Made by a program: the position numbers and the translations under genes. From an uncultured Nitrososphaerota archaeon (GTDB lineage: Archaea > Thermoproteota > Nitrososphaeria > Nitrososphaerales > Gagatemarchaeaceae), in contig OY969807.1 in NCBI GenBank assembly GCA_963703285.1, forward strand, positions 448,001 to 512,000: a DNA stretch of 64,000 nt, in the 5' to 3' direction. Numbering within the stretch: position 1 is the stretch's first letter; every line of letters begins with the position of its first letter. Shown piece by piece: positions 57,525 through 64,000 of the stretch. The notes below the pieces were generated by a model. That model was not told the DNA's origin and ran no database searches. It saw only the letters and a program-made list of their open reading frames with translations.

Positions 57525-59102
57525 ATGTCAACCAAGGAAGTAATCGGTCCCAGCTTCGGAAGGCTCCGTGGGAAGCGCGCGTGGCGCCAGAACCTGCACC
57601 TCGCGGCGCTCTCCGCGGCGAAGGTGGAGAGCGCGCTGGGGCCGCGCGGTTCCTACAAGATGGTCACCTTCAACAGGGGTCCCGAACGGATCATCAAGGT
57701 GACGAAGGACTCCGTGGAGATGCTGAAGGAGCTGGAGGTCCAGTACCCCGCCGTCAAGACGCTCTCGGAAGCGGCCAAGCTCCACAGGGAGGAGGTCGGC
57801 GACGGGGTGGCCACCATGGTGATACTGATCGCCGGCCTGCTTAACGGTTCGGAGAAGCTCCTAGAGAAGAAGATTCACGCCAACGTGATACTCAGAGGCT
57901 ACCTCGCGGCGGGGAAAGAGGCTCTAGCAGTGATCGACAAGGCGTCCGTCGTCAAGGGCGACTCCAGGCAGCAAATCCTCGACACCGCGGACTGCGGAAG
58001 GGACATACTGACGCCGGGCCTCCGGGCGGCGCTCCTCGAGGCCGGAAAGAGGGCCGATTCCCAGGGGGAGATCGACCTCAAGCGCATTCGCGTGATCTCC
58101 AAGAGCGGTGCTTCGGTGGAAGATAGCCGCCTTGTCAGGGGCGTGATCATCAAGAAGGAGAGGGTGCACCCCAGCATGCCGGAGAAGCTTCAGAACGTCA
58201 AGGTCGCCGTAGTGAACAAGACGTTCGACAACAAGCCGCTCGAGATACTGAAGAAGGGGACGGGCCCCTTCCACATCAAGCTCGACATAAGCGAGGCCGA
58301 CCAGGTCGGGAAGTTCAAGGGCGAGGAGAGACGCATGAACGACAGCCTCGTCGACGCCGTCGAGGACGCCGGCGCGAAGGTCGTCTTCTGCAGGGCCAAG
58401 ATCGTCGAGCCGGTCGCGGACGAGATGTCGAGGCGCGGGATCGTCGCCTTCGAGCTGCTGGACCAGCAAGACATGGACGCCGTCGCAGAGGCGACGGGGG
58501 CGACCGCCGTCGGGGACGTGAGGAACCTCGAAGCGAAGGACCTCGGCACGATAGATGCGCTCACGGTGGAGAAGATCGACGGCCTCTACTACGTGACGGT
58601 CGAGGCCGCGAAGGGGTCAACCATCCTCATCAGGGGCAGCCAGATCGAGCGCATAGACGAGACCGAGCGGGTCGTCAAGAACGTCGTGAGGCTCTTCCGG
58701 AACGCGAAGAAGGACCCCAAGACGGTCCCCGGCGGCGCCGCCATATTCATGCAGATAGCCGCCGACCTCAGGGAGCACGCCCTGAAGTTCCCCGGGAAGG
58801 AGCAGGTCGCGATCGAGACCTTCGCGGACGTGATGGAGCAGGTCCCCGGGGCGCTGATACGGAACTACGGCCTCAGCTGGTCGAAGACCCTCCCCGAACT
58901 CCGAAGCTACCACGCCAGGGGGCAGCACAACATGGGGATAGCCCAGGCGGGGTGCGTCGACATGGACAAGGCGGGCATCAGGGAGCTGGCCTCGACTCCC
59001 AGGGCGGCGATAAGGCGGGCATACGACGTCACTTCGCTGCTGCTGCGGGTCGACGAGTACTTCTACGTGAGGGAGATCGCAATGGTCCACAAGCAGATCT
59101 AG
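57525..59102 (+). CDS. Divergent group II chaperonin (thermosome-like)
   Basis: ALGPRGSYKM, VTKDS, EVGDGVAT, HPSMP, STILIRG, PGGAA, LLRVDE. Confidence 0.85.
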   Translation: MSTKEVIGPSFGRLRGKRAWRQNLHLAALSAAKVESALGPRGSYKMVTFNRGPERIIKVTKDSVEMLKELEVQYPAVKTLSEAAKLHREEVGDGVATMVILIAGLLNGSEKLLEKKIHANVILRGYLAAGKEALAVIDKASVVKGDSRQQILDTADCGRDILTPGLRAALLEAGKRADSQGEIDLKRIRVISKSGASVEDSRLVRGVIIKKERVHPSMPEKLQNVKVAVVNKTFDNKPLEILKKGTGPFHIKLDISEADQVGKFKGEERRMNDSLVDAVEDAGAKVVFCRAKIVEPVADEMSRRGIVAFELLDQQDMDAVAEATGATAVGDVRNLEAKDLGTIDALTVEKIDGLYYVTVEAAKGSTILIRGSQIERIDETERVVKNVVRLFRNAKKDPKTVPGGAAIFMQIAADLREHALKFPGKEQVAIETFADVMEQVPGALIRNYGLSWSKTLPELRSYHARGQHNMGIAQAGCVDMDKAGIRELASTPRAAIRRAYDVTSLLLRVDEYFYVREIAMVHKQI

Positions 59103-59112
59103 GGCCGGGAAG

Positions 59113-60003
59113 TCAGAACGCCCAGAAGTTCAGGATCAGGACCGTGAAGATGATGGCGAGGTAGGGGCTCGAGATCTTGAACAGCGTCCAGGCCGTCTTC
59201 TCCGTCCTGTCTATCGCGAGCTTTATGCTGTAGGCGAGGATGAAGGCCCCGCACGCCGTCGCCGAGACGACGTAGAAGAGGCTGACCGTCGCGACGAAGA
59301 AGATAGAGAGCGAGAAGACCGCGAGCAGGGCGCTCGTTATCGCGATGCAGACCGTCGCGATCCTCGTGCTGACCACCACGGGGAGCATGGGGATCTTGGC
59401 ATCGAGGTAGTCCTGCCTCTGCCTGATCGCCAGGCTCCAGATGTGCGTCGGGATCCAGACGATCACGAGCGCGCTCATGAATATGGCGAGGGGTGACACC
59501 GCGTCGGCGATGGCCGCGTATCCGACGAGCACCGGCATCCCTCCCGAGATGCCCCCCAGTATGATGTTCAGCCAGCTGCGCCGCTTGAGCCAGAGAGAGT
59601 AGACCACGACGTTGTCGACGAGGCCGATTACCATGAAGATCGCCGCCAGCGCGTTGAACCAGTAGGCAAGCGCCACCGAGAGGATCGACATCGCGAAGCC
59701 GTAGGCGAGGGCGCGCCGCCCGCTGATCCTCCCCGTGGGGAGCGGTCGGTGGTTCGTCCTCTTCATTATGGTGTCGATGTCCCTGTCGCGGTAGTTGGTC
59801 AGCACCTCCGCCCCGGCGGAGCCCAGGAAGACGGCCGCGATCCCCACCGCGAGGTCGAGGATCGTCGGCGTCCTGCCCACCTCCTTGTAGGCCACCAGCA
59901 TCCCGGCGAGACCCGTGAAGACGAGCAGCAGGACTATCCTGGGCTTTATCAGCTCCCAGTAGTTCTTGATGCTGCTCGACAAGCCCATGATTTTTTCGCC
60001 CAC
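59113..60003 (-). CDS. cyoE: Protoheme IX farnesyltransferase (heme o synthase)
   Basis: LIKPRI, NYRDRDIDTIMKRT..RPLPTG, YS.WLKRR, NIILGG, W.PTH.WSLA, DY..A.IPMLP. Confidence 0.93.
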   Translation of the reverse strand: MGEKIMGLSSSIKNYWELIKPRIVLLLVFTGLAGMLVAYKEVGRTPTILDLAVGIAAVFLGSAGAEVLTNYRDRDIDTIMKRTNHRPLPTGRISGRRALAYGFAMSILSVALAYWFNALAAIFMVIGLVDNVVVYSLWLKRRSWLNIILGGISGGMPVLVGYAAIADAVSPLAIFMSALVIVWIPTHIWSLAIRQRQDYLDAKIPMLPVVVSTRIATVCIAITSALLAVFSLSIFFVATVSLFYVVSATACGAFILAYSIKLAIDRTEKTAWTLFKISSPYLAIIFTVLILNFWAF

Positions 60004-60120
60004 GCGTTCGGTGATAAACGTTCCGTATCGGGCTTTTTGAGTCGTGTTACGCTGGGAGTTTGAGCGGTCTCGCTCGAGCTTGCGCTGCGGGTTGGAGGGC
60101 GGTCCTCTTCTGTGTCCCGT

Positions 60121-60448
60121 CTAGGCCATCGACTTGCCACAGGACGGGCACCACAGGGTCCCGATCGGAGATTCGTGCCCGCACGACTTGCACGCTATCA
60201 TCCCGGGCGAAGGCGCGCTCGCTCTGAGGGCGACGGACTCGTCCCTCACCACTACGTTGTCAGAGACGCCCATCACCTTGCTGAGCGGGATCTCGGATCT
60301 CTCCCCCGTCGCTTCTCTCGACGATTAGCGTTATCGAGCCGTCGAGCGTGAAAGTAAGGTCCTTCACCTGACCGGTGTTCCTCCCTGACGAGTATATCAC
60401 TGACTTGCCCGTGATTTCTTCCTTGCGAAAGGCCTTGGACGAAGACAT
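60121..60448 (-). CDS. PRC-barrel protein with C-terminal zinc ribbon (one extra base at ~60295)
   Basis: ITGKSVIYSSGRNTGQVKDL; removing one base continues EIPLSKVMGVSDNVVV...CKSCGHESPIGTLWCPSCGKSMA*. Confidence 0.75.
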
Positions 60449-60645
60449 ACTGATCGGCCGCCTTTCTGCTAATTAATAACCTTCTCCCCGACGTTACGCG
60501 GCCCCCTCACACCGCGTCCACTTCATATCTTCATGAAGAAGTTCTTGGGGGTGGTCCAACTCGGCGGCCCCCCGCTTGTGGTGCGCGTCGCAGCGGCGGA
60601 TGTGTCTCGAATAGTTCTTCTCGCCGATGGGCCTCTTGCACGGGT

Positions 60646-61179
60646 CTAGGCCCGGACGACCACGTAGGGGGAGGTCTCGAGGAGCGCGCCCATCTTCCGC
60701 GGGATGAGGATGAAGCCAGGGATCGCCGCCACGAGCACCAGACCCGCGATGATGTCCGCCAGGACGGCCTGGAGCTGGCTGAACGCGCCGGGGTTCACCA
60801 CGAAGAAGGCCGTGAGCCCGCCGCCGTAGGCGAGCATCGGGATCCACCCGTAGAGCGACGACCAGGTGTCGACGATCGTGTACCCCTCGATGCCCTGGCT
60901 CGCGAAGACGCCTATCTCGTACCTGAAGACCTCCTCGCTCGCGTCTACCAGCGCGTACATCCCCAGGGTCACGAAGACGGCAGGGAGGAGCGCGATCGAG
61001 GCGAGATAGATGGACGGGACGAGCCCCGGGAGTGCCCCCGAGGAGACGTTCGCCGCAGTGTAGGACGCGGACTCGAAGTAGCTCGAGACGTACCCTGCGA
61101 AAGCCATCGCCGCGGCACAGACCGCGACCGAATCGGCGTGGCCCCGTAGCTCCTGCAGGAAGAAGTTCTCAATCTCCAT
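60646..61179 (-). CDS. Small membrane protein, FtsX-like permease half
   Basis: Four TM; RYEIGVFASQG resembles the FtsX R.EIG...A.G coupling motif. Confidence 0.6.
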   Translation of the reverse strand: MEIENFFLQELRGHADSVAVCAAAMAFAGYVSSYFESASYTAANVSSGALPGLVPSIYLASIALLPAVFVTLGMYALVDASEEVFRYEIGVFASQGIEGYTIVDTWSSLYGWIPMLAYGGGLTAFFVVNPGAFSQLQAVLADIIAGLVLVAAIPGFILIPRKMGALLETSPYVVVRA

Positions 61180-61180
61180 C

Positions 61181-61682
61181 TCAGGCCGACCTCCCCCGCC
61201 TAGTCTCGCCGGGGCCCGACTTCGAGAAGCTCGCGAGGGTCTGGCCGGTCAGCCAGAGGACCAGCGTCGAGGCGAAGACGAGGGCGAGCAGCGCCGGGAT
61301 GGCTCCATCCAGGCCTAGCGACAGGTCGACCGCCCAGGCGACCGCGCCGGTCGCGAGGGCCGAGGCTACGGGGATCACAGGATGAGACGTGAGGACCAGT
61401 CTTAGGGCGGACCTCGCGGGCAGACCGGAGGCCCTGTAGACTCCCAATTCGGGGTCGAGTCTCTTCCTGACGGTAAGGATCACCGCGACGCTGAAGGCCA
61501 GGCCGAGCGCGGACGCCGCGTAGGCAAGATCGGTGGATTGCAGTCCGATGGAATGCAGCTGGGCTCCCGTGGCGCCGTAGGCCGTGACGGCGTTCGCGAG
61601 AAGGTGGCCGGAGAGCTGTGAGACCAGCACCAAGAGGACGAACCCCGAATAGAGGAGGGAGAGCGACCCCAGCGGGCTGCGC

Positions 61683-61693
<11 letters not shown>
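61181..61693 (-). CDS. Small membrane protein, FtsX-like permease half
   Basis: Four TM; RLDPELGVYRASG coupling-like motif. Confidence 0.6.
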
Positions 61694-62411
<718 letters not shown>

Positions 62412-62494
62412 GGAGCTTCAGTGCCTCGCGGCGATGCGGGCTCGGCCGACGGGCGATATTAAGGGATGCGCCGTTCGGGTCGGAGACTCCAATC

Positions 62495-63694
62495 TCATCG
62501 CTTCAGGAGGCCCAGTTCGGCCCCTACCCTGCGGAAGGCCGAGATGGCGAAGTCGAGGTCCTCTTTGGTGAGCGCCGCGTTGATGATGGTCCTCACCCTC
62601 GCCTTGTCCTTTGCGACCATGGGGAAGACTATGGGGAGGGCGAACACCCCCTCCTCGAAGAGGCGGTCGCTGAGCCGCTTGGCCGCTCCGCTCCCGCCAA
62701 CCATTATCGGGATTATGGGCGTCTCGCTCTTCCCCGTGTCGAACCCCATGCCAACCATCGCCGCCCGGAAGTACCCCGTGTTCTCCCAGAGGCTTCTGAC
62801 GTGCTGCGGCTCCTGCTCGAGGAGGTCTATCGCAGCCGTGCACGCAGCCAGGACGGCCGGAGGGGAGGATCCCGTCAGGAGCAGCGTACGCGACTTGTTG
62901 TAGGCGAAGTCTATCAGCTCGTGCGACCCCGAGACGTGACCGCCGACGACGCCGAAGGCCTTCGAGAACGTCCCCATCTCGACCTGCACTTCCTCCCTGC
63001 TCAGGTGGAAGTGAGAGACTATCCCCCTCCCGTTCTCCCCCAGGACGCCCTCTCCGTGCGCGTCGTCGACGTAGACCATAGCGCCGTGCTCTCGCCCGAG
63101 CCGGGCGACGGCGTCCAGCGGCGCAATGTCTCCGTCCATGGAGAAGACGCCGTCGGTGATTACAAGGATCCTCCGATACGCCGGGACGTGACGCTCAGCC
63201 TCTTCGAGCACGCGGCCGAGGTCGTCCATGTCCCTGTGCTTGTAGACTCCCCTCTCCGCCCGGGAGAGCCGGACGCCGTCGATGATGCTTCCGTGGTTGA
63301 GCTCGTCGCTTACGATGAGGTCCTCGGCTCCCACAAGCTGGGGGATGAGCCCCGAGTTCACGGCGTAGCCCGTCTGGTACACCAGCGAGGCCTCCGCCAC
63401 CTTGAACCGGGCGAGCCTTCTCTCGAGCTCCCTGTGGAGGTCCATCGTACCCGCGATGGTCCTCACCGAGCCAGAGCCGGCGCCGCGCTCCTGGACCGCC
63501 CTTATCGCGGCCTCCTTCAGCCTCGGGTGGTCGCTGAACCCCAGATAGTTGTTGGAGCAGAGCATGAGCACCCTCTTCCCGTCGACGACGCACCATGGGT
63601 CGCTCGGGGTCTGGAGGACGCGGACCTTCCAGTCCAGCCCGCTCGCAACGAGCTCGTCGTACTCGGCCTTGAGAAACGCCGCGGGATCTCTCAT
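62495..63694 (-). CDS. kbl: Glycine C-acetyltransferase (2-amino-3-ketobutyrate CoA ligase; AONS family)
   Basis: CSNNYLG, SDELNHGSIIDG, TDGVFSMDG, VDDAHG, GTFSKAFG; follows threonine dehydrogenase. Confidence 0.88.
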   Translation of the reverse strand: MRDPAAFLKAEYDELVASGLDWKVRVLQTPSDPWCVVDGKRVLMLCSNNYLGFSDHPRLKEAAIRAVQERGAGSGSVRTIAGTMDLHRELERRLARFKVAEASLVYQTGYAVNSGLIPQLVGAEDLIVSDELNHGSIIDGVRLSRAERGVYKHRDMDDLGRVLEEAERHVPAYRRILVITDGVFSMDGDIAPLDAVARLGREHGAMVYVDDAHGEGVLGENGRGIVSHFHLSREEVQVEMGTFSKAFGVVGGHVSGSHELIDFAYNKSRTLLLTGSSPPAVLAACTAAIDLLEQEPQHVRSLWENTGYFRAAMVGMGFDTGKSETPIIPIMVGGSGAAKRLSDRLFEEGVFALPIVFPMVAKDKARVRTIINAALTKEDLDFAISAFRRVGAELGLLKR

Positions 63695-63751
63695 CTGGGA
63701 AACCAGCTCATCGGCGGTCGGATTCCGACCTTTATCTCCTCATCGCTGGCG

Positions 63752-64000
63752 TCACGCCCGTCGTGACGCGGCTCGGGACCGTCGTTTGGGCAGCTTCTCG
63801 GAGAGCCTGCGGATCATGTCGTCTACGATGAACGGCAGGTCACAGCTCGGCTTCCACCCCCAGTCGTGGCGGGCCCGGGAATCGTCCATGGACCGCGGCC
63901 AGGAGTCTGCTATCTTCTGCCTAAAGTCCGGCACGTAGTAACACTTGAAACCGGGGACGCGCTTCGCTATCTCGGTCGCGAGCTCCGCGGCAGAGAAGCT
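63752..64000 (-). CDS. L-threonine 3-dehydrogenase (SDR/epimerase type), C-terminal part
   Basis: FSAAELATEIAKRVPGFKCYYVPDFRQKIADSWPRSMDDSRARHDWGWKP; adjacent to kbl. Confidence 0.82.
   Translation of the reverse strand, partial: SFSAAELATEIAKRVPGFKCYYVPDFRQKIADSWPRSMDDSRARHDWGWKPSCDLPFIVDDMIRRLSEKLPKRRSRAASRRA

Overview
High-GC archaeal chromosome segment. The gene set (GatDE, crenarchaeal-type PolB1, RpoP/RpoK, S25e/S26e, Alba, thermosomes, tRNA splicing endonuclease) points to a TACK archaeon, most plausibly a non-ammonia-oxidising Nitrososphaerota (taxonomy is inference). Most of the window is housekeeping: four aminoacyl-tRNA synthetases, DNA ligase, UDG, a sugar-nucleotide cluster, heme o synthase and kbl/tdh. 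No rRNA, tRNA, CRISPR array or transposase was seen. The stand-out observations are: (1) three apparently paralogous small proteins (shared N-terminal beta-hairpin/helix plus winged helix) next to a nurA-herA pair with no adjacent mre11/rad50, whose divergent promoter holds four copies of a TTGCGCA(A) palindrome, one a perfect 16-mer over the nurA start, with a half-site at the DNA ligase promoter; (2) a 462-aa Ser1 LAGLIDADG intein at a non-classical site (GKK|S) of PolB1; (3) a low-GC free-standing HTH + LAGLIDADG-like ORF inserted at the pgsA stop; (4) a PH/GLUE-like + winged-helix protein upstream of nfeD-stomatin; (5) a degenerate chaperonin paired with a degenerate nucleotidyltransferase; (6) Ser/Thr-stalked surface proteins, including a blue-copper protein, with pilin-like signal peptides. 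About six single-base frameshifts, one in DNA ligase, most likely reflect sequencing or assembly errors. All calls are by eye from motifs; no searches were run.
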